A DNA stretch of 58,731 nucleotides from Candidatus Omnitrophota bacterium (GCA_023247915.1 JAHFFN010000005.1:1-58731), one strand, 5' to 3'. Shown: positions 45,970 through 56,883, numbered from the stretch's first letter. The notes: a model not told the origin generated them from the sequence alone. Translations and numbers: made by a program.

Positions 45970-46550
45970 TCTCCGTTCAAATCAAAGAAATTCTTAACGC
46001 AGTCGCGATTGTTTTGACCATTGTCGCTTTCATTCCTTACGCGCGCTCCATTTTAAGCGGTCAGACCAAGCCTCATGTTTTTTCATGGATTATTTGGGGG
46101 CTAGCCACCAGCATTGTCTTTTTTGCGCAGTTGGCGGATGGGGCGGGGGTTGGCGCGTGGTCGACGGGCGTGTCGGGGATCGGAACATTTTATATCGCTT
46201 TTTTGGCGTATCAACGCCAAGCGGATGGGTCTATTACAAAAATAGACTGGGTGTTTTTCATATTGGCGCTAGCTTCGTTGCCGTTATGGTACGCGACCCA
46301 CAATCCTTTTTGGGCGGTCGTGATTCTCACCACGGTGGATACACTCGGATTCGCTCCGACATTTCGCAAAGCCTATCACTCACCTTACGAGGAACAGGTT
46401 TTGCTTTATGTTCTCATGACAATACGTAATTTAGTCGCGATCGCAGCGCTGGAACATTATTCTTGGACAACGGTTCTTTTTCCCGCGTTCATTTCGTGGA
46501 CCTGTGTTATGTTCATAGCCATGGTGATTGTCCGGCGCTACTCAAGATAG
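45966..46550 (+). CDS. hypothetical multi-pass membrane protein (PQ-loop-like repeat)
   Basis: ~7 hydrophobic segments; IPY...TKPH..SW and PTFRKAY..P..E internal pseudo-repeat. Confidence 0.65.
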   Translation: MISVQIKEILNAVAIVLTIVAFIPYARSILSGQTKPHVFSWIIWGLATSIVFFAQLADGAGVGAWSTGVSGIGTFYIAFLAYQRQADGSITKIDWVFFILALASLPLWYATHNPFWAVVILTTVDTLGFAPTFRKAYHSPYEEQVLLYVLMTIRNLVAIAALEHYSWTTVLFPAFISWTCVMFIAMVIVRRYSR

Positions 46551-46554
46551 AAAC

Positions 46555-47010
46555 ATGATTCATATCTACGTCGATTCCGACGCTTGCCCCGTGAAGCCTG
46601 AGGTGATTCGTGTCGCCAAGCGGTATGGGTTAGCCGTTACCTTTGTTTCCAACTCTTGGATGAAACTTCCTGAGGAGTGGGGCGCTACGCTGAAGGTGGT
46701 GGAAGGAGCGTTTGACGCGGCGGATGATTGGATTGTGGAACGCGTCACAAAAGATGACATTGTAGTAACGACGGACATTCCTCTGGTGCATCGCTGCATG
46801 AAAGCCGGTGCGCGTGTGATCGGGGTGCAGGGGCGTCTTTTCACAGACGAAAATATCGGGAATATTTTAGCAACGCGCGACCTTTTGCATGTACTGCGTG
46901 GGTCGGGGGATAATTTGGGCGGTCCGGCTCCATTTCAAAAAGAAGACCGGTCGCGATTTCTGCAAGGGCTCGATCAAATCATTCAAGACATTAAAAACAC
47001 GAAAAAATAA
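46555..47010 (+). CDS. YaiI/YqxD (UPF0178) family protein
   Basis: IYVDSDACPVK, DAADDWI, VTTDIPL, GGPAPF. Confidence 0.9.
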   Translation: MIHIYVDSDACPVKPEVIRVAKRYGLAVTFVSNSWMKLPEEWGATLKVVEGAFDAADDWIVERVTKDDIVVTTDIPLVHRCMKAGARVIGVQGRLFTDENIGNILATRDLLHVLRGSGDNLGGPAPFQKEDRSRFLQGLDQIIQDIKNTKK

Positions 47011-47011
47011 T

Positions 47012-48916
47012 ATGGCGTTAATCAGCATTCAAGAAGTTTCCCTGGCTTTGGGCGGCCCGCTTCTTTTTGACAAAATCAGCCTGCAAATTAATCCCGGAGA
47101 GCGCGTGGCGCTTTTGGGCCGCAATGGCGTGGGAAAAACCACGCTGATGAAAGTCCTAGCAGGCCAGATGACAATCAACGGCGGAGAAATTGGCTATCAA
47201 AAAGGCATCAAGGTCACGCATTTGCCCCAAGAAGTCCCTTCGGATATTACCGGCAATGTGTTTGATATCGTCCTTTCAGGCCTGCCGGAACGCGTGAAGC
47301 TTTTGGGCGATTTTCATCACTTGCATCACAAATTGGAGACGGAGTGCACGCCTCAGCTGATGAAACAGCTGGATAAATTACAGGAAGACATGGATCGCAC
47401 GCAGGGGTGGGAGACGCATCGGCAAATCGAAGATGTGATCTCGCATATGAAACTCGATCCTGAAAGTGATTTTGAAAAATTATCCGGCGGACAAAAAAGA
47501 AAAGTGCTTCTGGCGAAGGCGTTGATCTTAAAGCCGGATGTGTTGCTGTTGGACGAACCGACAAATCATTTGGACATTGAGTCCATTCATTGGCTGGAGG
47601 AATTTTTAAAAGAATATCCCGGCACACTTTTGTTTGTGACGCATGACCGTATGTTCATGACGCGTTTGGCGACAAAGATTGTCGAGTTGGATCGCGGAAA
47701 ACTTTATAGTTGGAGCTGCGACTATCCGACATTTTTGGAACGCAAAAAGCTAGCGCTTCATGCGGAAGCCATGGAGTGGGAGCAGTTTGACAAGAAACTC
47801 AGCCAAGAAGAAGTGTGGATTCGTCAGGGAATCAAGGCGCGCCGCACCCGCAACGAAGGGCGTGTCCGCGCGCTCGAACAGCTCCGGGAAGAGAAAAAAG
47901 CTCAGCGTCAAATCCTGGGAAAAGTCCGGATGAAGGTGCAGGAGGCGGAGCGTTCTGGGCAGGTGGTGACAAAGGCAGATCACATCCAATTTTCTTTTGG
48001 AGAAAAATGCATTGTCCGGGATTTTTCATGTCGGATTATGCGCGGCGATAAGATCGGCGTGATTGGCCCCAATGGCTGTGGCAAGACAACGCTTCTTCGT
48101 CTTCTTCTAGGGAAAATAGCCCCGCAGTCAGGAACTGTCACCCTGGGAACCAATCTCGAAATCTCTTACTACGACCAATTGCGGGAACAGCTGGATGAAA
48201 ATAAGTCCGTCGCGGAAAATATTTGCGGTGAGACCGACACGGTAACGGTTGGCGGCAAGCCCCGGCATATCATGGGCTATTTGCAGGAATTTTTATTTTC
48301 TCCGGATCGCGCTCGCGTCAAAGTCAAAGTGCTTTCGGGGGGCGAGCGCAATCGTCTCTTACTCGCGCGGCTTTTTACCAAAACTTCCAATCTTTTGATT
48401 ATGGACGAACCGACCAACGATTTGGATGTGGAGACATTGGAGCTTTTGGAAGAACTTCTTATCGGCTATGCCGGTACCTTGATTTTGGTCAGCCATGACC
48501 GCGCTTTTTTGAATAATGTGGTGACTTCTACGATCATTCTTGAGGGGAATGGCGCGATTTGCGAGCATCCCGGCGGTTACGATGATTGGTTGAATCGGCG
48601 TAAGGATGGGAAAACAGAAGAAGCGGAGCCTCCAAAAAAGGAGGAAAAAATTGAGCGGGTTGTAGAAGTGGCGGGGAAGCCGGCGAAACCCAAAAAATTG
48701 ACGATGAAAGAACAGCGGGAGTTGGAAAGTCTTCCCGCGATCATTGAAAAATTAGAAGGGGAGCACGCGCAAATTATTGAGAAAATGGCCAGCCCTCATT
48801 TCTATCAGAAAGAATCCAGAAAAATTACTGAAATTAAATCCCGCCTTGCGGCTATTGACGAGGAGCTGGCGAAAGTGTACTCTCGTTGGGAATCTTTAGA
48901 AAAAGGAAAGGTCTAA
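47012..48916 (+). CDS. uup: ABC-F family ATPase Uup
   Basis: Two ABC domains (GRNGVGKT, GPNGCGKT), EEVWIRQGIKARRTRNEGRVRAL linker, C-terminal coiled coil ending RWESLE. Confidence 0.92.
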   Translation: MALISIQEVSLALGGPLLFDKISLQINPGERVALLGRNGVGKTTLMKVLAGQMTINGGEIGYQKGIKVTHLPQEVPSDITGNVFDIVLSGLPERVKLLGDFHHLHHKLETECTPQLMKQLDKLQEDMDRTQGWETHRQIEDVISHMKLDPESDFEKLSGGQKRKVLLAKALILKPDVLLLDEPTNHLDIESIHWLEEFLKEYPGTLLFVTHDRMFMTRLATKIVELDRGKLYSWSCDYPTFLERKKLALHAEAMEWEQFDKKLSQEEVWIRQGIKARRTRNEGRVRALEQLREEKKAQRQILGKVRMKVQEAERSGQVVTKADHIQFSFGEKCIVRDFSCRIMRGDKIGVIGPNGCGKTTLLRLLLGKIAPQSGTVTLGTNLEISYYDQLREQLDENKSVAENICGETDTVTVGGKPRHIMGYLQEFLFSPDRARVKVKVLSGGERNRLLLARLFTKTSNLLIMDEPTNDLDVETLELLEELLIGYAGTLILVSHDRAFLNNVVTSTIILEGNGAICEHPGGYDDWLNRRKDGKTEEAEPPKKEEKIERVVEVAGKPAKPKKLTMKEQRELESLPAIIEKLEGEHAQIIEKMASPHFYQKESRKITEIKSRLAAIDEELAKVYSRWESLEKGKV

Positions 48917-48919
48917 CAC

Positions 48920-49396
48920 ATGAGCGAACCCGTTGTTGTTTTTGAAACGACCCAAGGAAATGTCGAAATCGAATTAATGCCCAAGGTGGCTCCAAAAACG
49001 TGTGAAAATTTTGTAGGACTTGTCGAAAAGGGTTATTACAACGGTTTGATTTTTCATCGTGTCATCAAAGAATTTATGATTCAGGGCGGGGATCCGACCG
49101 GCACGGGCATGGGCGGCGAATCGATCTGGGGGAAGGCTTTCCAGGACGAAATTGACATTGATGTCAAATTCAATAAACCGGGTATTTTGGCCATGGCCAA
49201 TTCCGGCCCCAACACCAATGGCAGTCAGTTCTTTATCACCACCGCTAAGACCCCGTGGCTTCATCAGAAGCACACGATTTTCGGTAAAGTCATCACCGGT
49301 TATGAAGCGGTGCAAAAGATAGAAAACACTGCGGTCGGCGCGAATGATAAGCCCGTAAGCGAGCAAAAGATTGTTAAAGCTTACATAAAAAAGTAG
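48920..49396 (+). CDS. cyclophilin-type peptidyl-prolyl isomerase
   Basis: [41 protein letters not shown]. Confidence 0.96.
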   Translation: MSEPVVVFETTQGNVEIELMPKVAPKTCENFVGLVEKGYYNGLIFHRVIKEFMIQGGDPTGTGMGGESIWGKAFQDEIDIDVKFNKPGILAMANSGPNTNGSQFFITTAKTPWLHQKHTIFGKVITGYEAVQKIENTAVGANDKPVSEQKIVKAYIKK

Positions 49397-49597
49397 GGCT
49401 AGAGACCCCAAAAATTTCCCTTGCATTTGGCGGGAAGTAGGGTATACTCTCCCATGTAGTAAGTAAAAGGTTGTTTTTAAAGCTTATACAGATATGAGTT
49501 TAGAAACCGTGGATTTTTACTTATATCCGCGGTTTTTGTTTTTGTAGGGGCTTGAGAGACATTGAATCAACATAAGTAAATAACAAAAGGTAGTAAA

Positions 49598-49801
49598 ATG
49601 ACAAAAGGCACTATTAAGTGGTTCTCCGATCAAAAAGGCTATGGATTCATTACCCCCGAGGGCGGGAAGAAGGACGTATTCGTCCATTATTCAGCACTTC
49701 AGGGCGAAGGATTCAAATCTCTCAGCGAAGGTGAAACAGTCGAATTCGACATCACCGCCGGCCCCAAAGGTGAACAAGCCGCGAACGTTCGGAAAGTTTA
49801 A
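49598..49801 (+). CDS. cold-shock protein
   Basis: [26 protein letters not shown]; long 5' UTR after TTGCAT-16-TATACT (49421-49448). Confidence 0.96.
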   Translation: MTKGTIKWFSDQKGYGFITPEGGKKDVFVHYSALQGEGFKSLSEGETVEFDITAGPKGEQAANVRKV

Positions 49802-49821
49802 TTTCCTAATCGTTTGTAAGT

Positions 49822-49862
49822 AAACCGCCCCCAGTCTTGAAAAAGGCTGGGGGTTGTTTATT
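49822..49862 (+). terminator. rho-independent terminator after csp
   Basis: CCCCAGTCTT-GAAA-AAGGCTGGGG hairpin followed by a T-rich tract. Confidence 0.75.
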
Positions 49863-49882
49863 TGTGTTAAAATCACTCCTTC

Positions 49883-50764
49883 ATGAAACCCACTCGATTT
49901 AATATCGCTCTCGCATTTTTAGCCGTCTACGTGATTTGGGGATCCACCTATCTGGGGATCAAAATCGCGATTGAGACATTGCCGCCATTTTTGATGGCGA
50001 GCCTCCGCTTTATTATTTCCGGAATTCTTTTGTACGCGCTGGCAAGAAAAAGCGGCGCGCAGAAACCGTCGCTTGAGCATTGGCGTTCTACCGCGATTGT
50101 CGGTACCCTTCTTTTGATGGGCGGCAACGGCGGCGTCGCGTGGGCGGAGCAATACGTTCCTTCCGGCATCGCTTCGATTTTAATCGCGACGGTTCCCATC
50201 TGGATGGTTCTTTTTAACTGGATCATTCGCGGCAAAAAACCTCACGGTCTTATTTTTCTGGGACTTGTTATTGGTTTTTCGGGGATATGGTTTTTGGTGC
50301 GTCCCTCCGGCGCGACGCATTTTCATTGGGTCGGCGTATGCGTGCTTTTAATCGCGGCATTTTCTTGGGCCGCCGGTTCGGTGTATTCCAAAGCGCTTCA
50401 TTCCCCCGATTCGCCCTTTTTAACCGTCGGCATGCAAATGCTCTGCGGAGGGCTTGTCTTGGGTGTGGCCGCGATTCTCTCCGGGGAAGTGTCGCATTTT
50501 GAGTGGGCGGCTGTTTCCACGGCTTCTTGGTGGGCGCTTCTTTACCTGATTCTCATCGGCTCTTTTATTGGATTTACCGCTTATATTTGGCTGCTCAAAG
50601 TCAGCACAGTCGCGCGCGTGTCGACATATGCTTATGTCAATCCAATCGTTGCGGTATTCTTGGGTTCTGTTTTTGCTAAGGAGGTGCTCACGGCCTCCAC
50701 CTTCATCGCCGGCGGTGTTATCTTGGCCGGCGTCATCGTGATTCAAAGCGCCTCCGAAGTCTGA
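49883..50764 (+). CDS. EamA/DMT family transporter (YedA-like)
   Basis: VYVIWGSTY, PPFLMA..RF, STYAYVNPIVAV; 10 TM helices. Confidence 0.92.
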   Translation: MKPTRFNIALAFLAVYVIWGSTYLGIKIAIETLPPFLMASLRFIISGILLYALARKSGAQKPSLEHWRSTAIVGTLLLMGGNGGVAWAEQYVPSGIASILIATVPIWMVLFNWIIRGKKPHGLIFLGLVIGFSGIWFLVRPSGATHFHWVGVCVLLIAAFSWAAGSVYSKALHSPDSPFLTVGMQMLCGGLVLGVAAILSGEVSHFEWAAVSTASWWALLYLILIGSFIGFTAYIWLLKVSTVARVSTYAYVNPIVAVFLGSVFAKEVLTASTFIAGGVILAGVIVIQSASEV

Positions 50765-50778
50765 TTTTAAGCCCCACA

Positions 50779-50833
50779 CTTCACTAAATCTTCACAAAGC
50801 CTTCATCACCGCTTTATATGCTTAGTTTATATT
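50779..50833 (+). promoter_or_regulatory. Pho-box-like direct repeats plus -10 element
   Basis: CTTCACT (50779), CTTCACA (50790), CTTCATC (50801), CTTTATA (50812) at exact 11-nt period; TATATT at 50828-50833. Confidence 0.8.
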
Positions 50834-50839
50834 TTGAGC

Positions 50840-51532
50840 ATGCCAAAAGAATCTATTCTCGCCATTGACGACGAAAAAGATATTCTGAAACTCCTCCAGT
50901 ACAATCTCGAAAAAGAGGGCTACCGTGTTTGGACCGCGGAGAGCGGCGAAAAGGGTTTTGAAATCGCCAAGGCCAAAAAACCGGAGCTGATTCTTTTGGA
51001 TTTAATGTTGCCTCAGATCGATGGTTTGGAAGTTTGCCGGCTTTTAAAAAGTCATTCCAGCACCCAACAAATCCCGGTTTTAATGCTGAGCGCCAAAGAC
51101 TCGGAAGTGGATCAGGTGGTGGGATTTGAACTTGGCGCGACGGATTATTTGATCAAACCTTTCAGCGTCAAAGTTCTTTTGGCGCGCATCAAAAATATTT
51201 TTAGAAAAAAGAATGCTTCCCACGAAGAGACCAAAACAGAAGTCTTGGTATCCGGCGGTTTTGTGCTGGATCAAGAAAAAATGCTTTTTACGCTCAAGGG
51301 CAAAGAAATTGTTTTAACGAAAACAGAATTTAATATTTTGAGCGTTCTTTTAAAGCGTGCCGGCGGTGTGGTCAAACGTGAACAGTTGATCGCGTCGGTT
51401 TGGGGAGTGGGAGCCGTGGTGTCGCAGGCGGCGATCAATATGCAGATCAAAAGTCTCCGGAAAAAACTGGGCAAGCAACGAAATTTTGTCGAAACGGTGC
51501 GGGGATTTGGCTACCGGTTTTTAGAGGAGTAA
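50840..51532 (+). CDS. phoB: OmpR/PhoB-family response regulator (probable phosphate regulon regulator)
   Basis: IDDE, LILLDLMLP, GATDYLIKPFS, ETVRGFGY; lies upstream of the pst operon. Confidence 0.8.
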   Translation: MPKESILAIDDEKDILKLLQYNLEKEGYRVWTAESGEKGFEIAKAKKPELILLDLMLPQIDGLEVCRLLKSHSSTQQIPVLMLSAKDSEVDQVVGFELGATDYLIKPFSVKVLLARIKNIFRKKNASHEETKTEVLVSGGFVLDQEKMLFTLKGKEIVLTKTEFNILSVLLKRAGGVVKREQLIASVWGVGAVVSQAAINMQIKSLRKKLGKQRNFVETVRGFGYRFLEE

Positions 51533-51539
51533 AGCCAAT

Positions 51540-51579
51540 CTTCATTAAAAAATTACTTTGAGTTCATTTTTACTTTACG
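51540..51579 (+). promoter_or_regulatory. second Pho-box-like array upstream of porin-pst operon
   Basis: CTTCATT (51540), AATTACT (51551), GTTCATT (51562), CTTTACG (51573), 11-nt period. Confidence 0.65.
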
Positions 51580-51640
51580 TGTGTTTTTTATATTGATAAC
51601 CAGTCACAGTACCAATCAATCAACGAAACAGGGGGTTTGT

Positions 51641-53158
51641 ATGAAAAAATTTTTAGGGTTTGTCCTAGCCGCCGCGGTGGTGCTGGGAAACACCCCATTT
51701 GCCTGGGCGGATTCCGGGGATGAAATGCTTTCAATGCTGGAGAGCATGAAGAAACAGATGACGCAAATGCAGCAGACGATTGACCAGCAGAATCTAAGGA
51801 TTCAGCAATTAGAATCCCGGAAAGTTCTGGAATCTCCTCAGGCGAGTGCGTCGATGCAACCTTCTTCAGCTAGCCCTGCCTCTGCGATGACTGAGAACGA
51901 TTGGCAGAAGGGCATCAAAGACAATATAGGAGACGCGATTCCTTGGATGAAAGGCACGAAGTTCGCCGGCGATCTCAGGCTTCGCATGGAAAATTTTAGT
52001 TATTATGACAAAAATAATGATGCCGGCTCTACGGGAACTGCCGCAGATCGCGCTCGTAACCGTTTTCGTGTCCGCTTGAGATGGGGTTTTGAGAAAGATT
52101 TCGCGGATGATTGGAAAGTCGGTTTTAGACTCGCCACGGGAACACCGTCCACCACAAGCGGTGTCGCGACTGACAACACTTCTCCCAACGTGACGTTGGG
52201 CAATCCGGGATATTTTACTTTTAAGAATGTCTATATTGACCGCGCTTTTGCTATCTACGAGCCAAACGGCTTGAAAGATTATGGAGCGCTGAAGGGCGTG
52301 AAAATGGGCGCTGGAAAATTTGAAAATCCATTTTACCGCTACTCCACACCGATTGTTTGGGATGGGGATGTGACGCCGGAAGGCATCTATGAGCAGGCTA
52401 ATTTTTCTCTTTATAATTCCGAAGAGAACAAGCTGAATGCTCAAGCGACTCTCGGACAATTTATTGTGAATGAAAATACCGGGATCAGCGCGGACGCGAG
52501 CCTCTTGGGGTATCAAGGCGCTTTGACCTTTTCCACGCTTAATTTTGGAACAGACAAGCCGGTAGATTTTACAGGCGCTGTCTCATTTTATGATTACACC
52601 AATTGGTCTCAGACGATACTGGCCGCCGGAAATACAACGGCTACATCTTATCTAAGGACTAATTCGATTGTCGCCGATGATTTTCGAGTGCTTGATCTTT
52701 ACCCGGAAATCGTTTTTTACACCCACAAAATGCCGGTCACTCTTTGGTACAACTACATCGAGAATCTTGCCAATGTTGGCACCACGGATGTTGTTCGTTC
52801 GAATGGGGATAATATCCATGATATGGATACGGCTTGGGGGCTTGGATTTAAAATTGGCAAAGCCAAGGCGAAGGGTAGCTGGGAGCTTGCTTATGGCTAC
52901 TACTCCATTGGGGCGAATGCGGCGGTCGCGGCGTTTAGCGACAGTGATTTTGGAGGACCCGGTGGTCAGGGCTATACCAACCGCCAAGGCCACAAGTTTG
53001 GCTTAGGATACCAGTTGACGGAAAACATGACTATTAACTGGACGGCTTATATCGTGAGGCCTCTCAATCCTTTTAATGGCAATGCGACATTAGGCATTCA
53101 AAATTCAACGAATGAGTCCGTATTCCGTTCTCAACTCGACGCAGTTTACAAGTTCTAA
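51641..53158 (+). CDS. putative outer-membrane porin, probably phosphate-starvation induced
   Basis: Signal peptide, N-terminal coiled coil, GDLRLR.E, RNRFRVRLR, GFRLATG, WDGDV.PEG, FSDSDFG...TN..GH; C-terminal YKF. Confidence 0.8.
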   Translation: MKKFLGFVLAAAVVLGNTPFAWADSGDEMLSMLESMKKQMTQMQQTIDQQNLRIQQLESRKVLESPQASASMQPSSASPASAMTENDWQKGIKDNIGDAIPWMKGTKFAGDLRLRMENFSYYDKNNDAGSTGTAADRARNRFRVRLRWGFEKDFADDWKVGFRLATGTPSTTSGVATDNTSPNVTLGNPGYFTFKNVYIDRAFAIYEPNGLKDYGALKGVKMGAGKFENPFYRYSTPIVWDGDVTPEGIYEQANFSLYNSEENKLNAQATLGQFIVNENTGISADASLLGYQGALTFSTLNFGTDKPVDFTGAVSFYDYTNWSQTILAAGNTTATSYLRTNSIVADDFRVLDLYPEIVFYTHKMPVTLWYNYIENLANVGTTDVVRSNGDNIHDMDTAWGLGFKIGKAKAKGSWELAYGYYSIGANAAVAAFSDSDFGGPGGQGYTNRQGHKFGLGYQLTENMTINWTAYIVRPLNPFNGNATLGIQNSTNESVFRSQLDAVYKF

Positions 53159-53177
53159 CGACTAAGGAGACCTGATC

Positions 53178-54191
53178 ATGGTTAAGAAAATCATCACGAT
53201 TTTAGCGGGGCTCGGGATCGCCGCGACAGCATTTGCGGCGGCGCCGGTTCTGATCAACGGAGCGGGAGCGACATTTCCTTATCCGATTTATTCCAAGTGG
53301 TTTGATGTGTATTCCACGATCAATCCGGACGCACGTTTCAATTATCAGTCGATCGGTTCCGGCGGAGGCATCAAGCAAATCACATCCGGGACAGTTGATT
53401 TCGGTGCTTCGGACGGTCCGATGACGGATCAACAGTTGGCGGACGCGCCGGGTCGGCTCTTCCACATTCCGATGGTGATGGGTGCCGTCGTTGTGGCCTA
53501 CAATGTGCCGGGCGTGGAGAAGGGTTTGCAACTCACTCCGGAGGTGCTCGCGGATATTTATTTGGGGAAAATCACCAAGTGGAATGACGCGCGCATCACT
53601 TCGGCGAATACCGGATTGCAGATTCCGGATATGCCCATCATCGTGGCGCGTCGCTCAGACGGTAGCGGGACGACGTATATCTTTGTCGATTATCTTTGCG
53701 CGGTGAGCGGGGAGTGGAAGCTTAAAGTCGGCAAGGGCACTTCGGTGAACTGGCCGGTTGGCTTGGGCGGCAAGGGCAACGAAGGTGTGGCCGGCATTGT
53801 CAGACAGACCCCGGGAAGCCTTGGTTATATTGAATTGTCCTACGCGGTTAAAAATAATTTAGCGTACGCGTCGATTCAAAATAAATCAGGCAAATTTATT
53901 GAGCCTTCGCTCGAGAGCACTTCGAAAGCCGCCGAAGGCGTCACGATCCCTTCGGATTTTCGGGTGTCGCTGGTCAATAGCGCTAATCCCGAAGCGTATC
54001 CAATCTCCGGCTTTACATGGCTTTTGGTTTATAAAAGCCAAGCGGATCCCGTGAAGGGCAAGGCGCTGGTTGATTTTATGCGCTGGGCGGTTCATGACGG
54101 GCAGTCCTACACTAAGGATCTTTTGTATGCGCCGCTTCCTCAAGAGGTTGTGCAAATGATTGATAAAAAGATCGAAGAAATCAAGTATTGA
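53178..54191 (+). CDS. pstS: phosphate ABC transporter substrate-binding protein
   Basis: GAGATFPYP, YQSIGSGGG, DFGASD, RSDGSGTT, GGKGNEGV. Confidence 0.97.
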   Translation: MVKKIITILAGLGIAATAFAAAPVLINGAGATFPYPIYSKWFDVYSTINPDARFNYQSIGSGGGIKQITSGTVDFGASDGPMTDQQLADAPGRLFHIPMVMGAVVVAYNVPGVEKGLQLTPEVLADIYLGKITKWNDARITSANTGLQIPDMPIIVARRSDGSGTTYIFVDYLCAVSGEWKLKVGKGTSVNWPVGLGGKGNEGVAGIVRQTPGSLGYIELSYAVKNNLAYASIQNKSGKFIEPSLESTSKAAEGVTIPSDFRVSLVNSANPEAYPISGFTWLLVYKSQADPVKGKALVDFMRWAVHDGQSYTKDLLYAPLPQEVVQMIDKKIEEIKY

Positions 54192-54204
54192 GCATGTACC
54201 AAGT

Positions 54205-55152
54205 ATGAAATCCCGCAAGGATGGCGGGGATAGGTTGTTCCAGGCGGCGATGATGGGCTTTGCGCTCATCATCGTCTTGCTCATTGTTGGAATCATCACG
54301 GAGTTGACGCGCTCCTCGATGCTTTCCATCAAACACTTCGGATTTTCTTTTTTTACGGGCATGACCTGGGATCCTGTTTTTGAAAACTTTGGCGCCCTGC
54401 CGTTTATTTACGGCACGCTGGTGACATCTCTGGTAGCGCTTTTGATCGCGGTGCCGATTGGCGTGGGAACCGCGATTTACCTGGCGGAATATGCGCCGCC
54501 GTTTTTAAGAAAAAGCATGTCGCTTTTGGTTGATCTTTTGGCGGCCATTCCAAGCGTGGTTTACGGTTTATGGGCGATTTTTGAACTCGTGCCGCTGATG
54601 CGTACGAACATTCAGCCTTTTTTAGGAAAATATTTAGGATTCCTGCCTTTTTTTCAAGGACCCAATTATGGCGTAGGAATGCTGGCGGCGAGTCTGGTGC
54701 TGGCGATCATGATTGTGCCGTTTATTATCTCCATTTCACGTGAAGTGATTATGACGGTGCCTCACGTGTACAAAGAAGCCGCCTATGCGCTGGGATCCAC
54801 ACGCTGGGAAGCGGTGCGTTCGATTATTTTAAGTTACGGTAAAACCGGGATTTTGGGCGGCGTCATTTTGGCGCTGGGTCGGGCGATCGGCGAGACAATG
54901 GCTGTGACTATGATTATTGGAAACAATGTGACGATCTCGCCGTCGCTTTTTTCTCCCGGTTACACTCTGGCGAGTGTGATCGCCAATGAATTTACGGAAG
55001 CGACGGGCAATCTTTATCTATCCGCGCTCATTGAAATGGGTTTAGTGCTTTTTATTGTCTCTATTATTGTGAACATGATCGCAAGGATGCTCATATGGTC
55101 GGTTACGCAGAAACAATCCACCGGAACGACGCTCAAACCGCGAGCGCTATAA
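54205..55152 (+). CDS. pstC: phosphate ABC transporter permease
   Basis: LAAIPSVVYGLW, EAAYALGSTRWE, GRAIGETMAV; start uncertain. Confidence 0.95.
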   Translation: MKSRKDGGDRLFQAAMMGFALIIVLLIVGIITELTRSSMLSIKHFGFSFFTGMTWDPVFENFGALPFIYGTLVTSLVALLIAVPIGVGTAIYLAEYAPPFLRKSMSLLVDLLAAIPSVVYGLWAIFELVPLMRTNIQPFLGKYLGFLPFFQGPNYGVGMLAASLVLAIMIVPFIISISREVIMTVPHVYKEAAYALGSTRWEAVRSIILSYGKTGILGGVILALGRAIGETMAVTMIIGNNVTISPSLFSPGYTLASVIANEFTEATGNLYLSALIEMGLVLFIVSIIVNMIARMLIWSVTQKQSTGTTLKPRAL

Positions 55153-56018
55153 AAGCCGCGTTCGAAAGGACGCGCTCTTATCGTTTTTGGAAGGATCGCA
55201 TTGCGGTATATTTTTTATTTTTATGCGCCGTGTGTGTGTTGGCGCCGCTTTTTTCCATTCTCGGAGATTTGCTCACACAAGGATTCTCCGCGCTGAATCT
55301 TGATTTTTTCACCAAGCTTCCGAAGCCGGTGGGGGAATCCGGCGGCGGGATGGCCAACGCGATTGTGGGCACATTGATTCTTCTGGGGATTGCGTTGACA
55401 GTGGGAGTGCCGATCGGGTTGGGGGCGGGAATTTATTTGAGTGAATACGCGGGTAGCCGCTTTGCGTTTGTGATTCGTTTTTTAACGGATGTGATGAATG
55501 GCGTGCCGTCGATTGTGTACGGTATTTTTGCTTACACGCTGTTTGTGGTGCCAATGAAGAGTTTTTCGGCGTGGTCGGGGGGCGCGGCGCTGGGCATTAT
55601 GATGATTCCCATTGTCACGCGAACCACCGAACAATTTTTAAGAATGGTTCCCAGCACACTTCGGGAGGCGGGGCTCGCGTTGGGTGCGCCGCGTTGGCGA
55701 GTGACGATTGATATTGTGTTGTCGACGGCGAAGGGTGGCATTATCACCGGCGTCATGGTCGCTCTGTCGCGCGTGGCGGGGGAAACCGCGCCGCTTCTTT
55801 TTACGGCCTTCGGCAACCGGTTTTGGCACAGCAATTTGACCGAGCCCATCGCGGCGTTGCCAATCCAAATTTTTTCTTACGCGATTTCACCGTTTGAGGA
55901 TTGGCATCGCCAGGCTTGGGCGGGAGCGCTGGTTTTAATTTTCATCGTGTTTTTAATTAATCTAATCGCCAATTATTTTGTTTCCAGGCAATCCAAAATG
56001 TTTGCGGGAAGAAAATGA
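55095..56018 (+). CDS. pstA: phosphate ABC transporter permease
   Basis: [38 protein letters not shown]; start uncertain. Confidence 0.95.
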   Translation: MVGYAETIHRNDAQTASAIKAAFERTRSYRFWKDRIAVYFLFLCAVCVLAPLFSILGDLLTQGFSALNLDFFTKLPKPVGESGGGMANAIVGTLILLGIALTVGVPIGLGAGIYLSEYAGSRFAFVIRFLTDVMNGVPSIVYGIFAYTLFVVPMKSFSAWSGGAALGIMMIPIVTRTTEQFLRMVPSTLREAGLALGAPRWRVTIDIVLSTAKGGIITGVMVALSRVAGETAPLLFTAFGNRFWHSNLTEPIAALPIQIFSYAISPFEDWHRQAWAGALVLIFIVFLINLIANYFVSRQSKMFAGRK

Positions 56019-56028
56019 GGAGTTTGTT

Positions 56029-56871
56029 ATGCCCATCGAGGAAGTCATGGAACGCCAACTAGAAATAAATCCTCAAGCGGTGTCGAAGACAGGAGAGTCT
56101 CAGGGATTAACTCAGGAAGAGATTAAGATCTCCGTCAAAAATCTTCACTTTTATTATGGCAAGCATAAAGCGCTTGAAAATATCTCCATGGATCTTCGCC
56201 CAAAAAAAGTAACCGCTTTGATCGGCCCTTCCGGTTGCGGCAAGTCCACGTTTTTAAGGTTATTCAACCGCATGAATGATTTGATTCCTCACGCGCGTAT
56301 CGAGGGGGCTATCCGGATTGATGGAAAAGATATTTACGGAAAAGACACCGATGTGGTCGAACTGCGGCGAAAGGTGGGAATGGTGTTTCAAAAATCCACC
56401 CCGTTTACCAAATCTATTTTTGACAATGTCGCGTACGGACTCAAGATTTTAGGGCTTCGCGACAAAGAGATCATTCATCAAATCGTCGAAAAGAGTTTGC
56501 GCGGCGCCGCGCTGTGGGATGAGGTGAAGGACAATCTGTCGAAATCGGCGCTCCAGCTTTCGGGAGGTCAACAGCAGAGGCTTTGCATCGCGCGCGCGTT
56601 GGCGGTGGGGCCGGAGGTACTTCTGATGGATGAGCCGTGCTCGGCGTTGGATCCGACCGCGACCGCGCGTATCGAGGAATTAATTTTTGAACTTAAAAAA
56701 CAGTACACGATCGTGATTGTGACGCACAACATGCAACAAGCGGCGCGTGTTTCCGATGAGACTGGGTTTTTGTTTTTAGGAAAATTGATTGAATTTGGAA
56801 ACACCGACAAAATTTTTACCAAACCCGACAATCCGATGACAGAAAGCTATGTCACCGGACGATTTGGTTGA
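56029..56871 (+). CDS. pstB: phosphate ABC transporter ATPase
   Basis: [47 protein letters not shown]. Confidence 0.97.
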   Translation: MPIEEVMERQLEINPQAVSKTGESQGLTQEEIKISVKNLHFYYGKHKALENISMDLRPKKVTALIGPSGCGKSTFLRLFNRMNDLIPHARIEGAIRIDGKDIYGKDTDVVELRRKVGMVFQKSTPFTKSIFDNVAYGLKILGLRDKEIIHQIVEKSLRGAALWDEVKDNLSKSALQLSGGQQQRLCIARALAVGPEVLLMDEPCSALDPTATARIEELIFELKKQYTIVIVTHNMQQAARVSDETGFLFLGKLIEFGNTDKIFTKPDNPMTESYVTGRFG

Positions 56872-56883
56872 TAGGGGAGCCCC

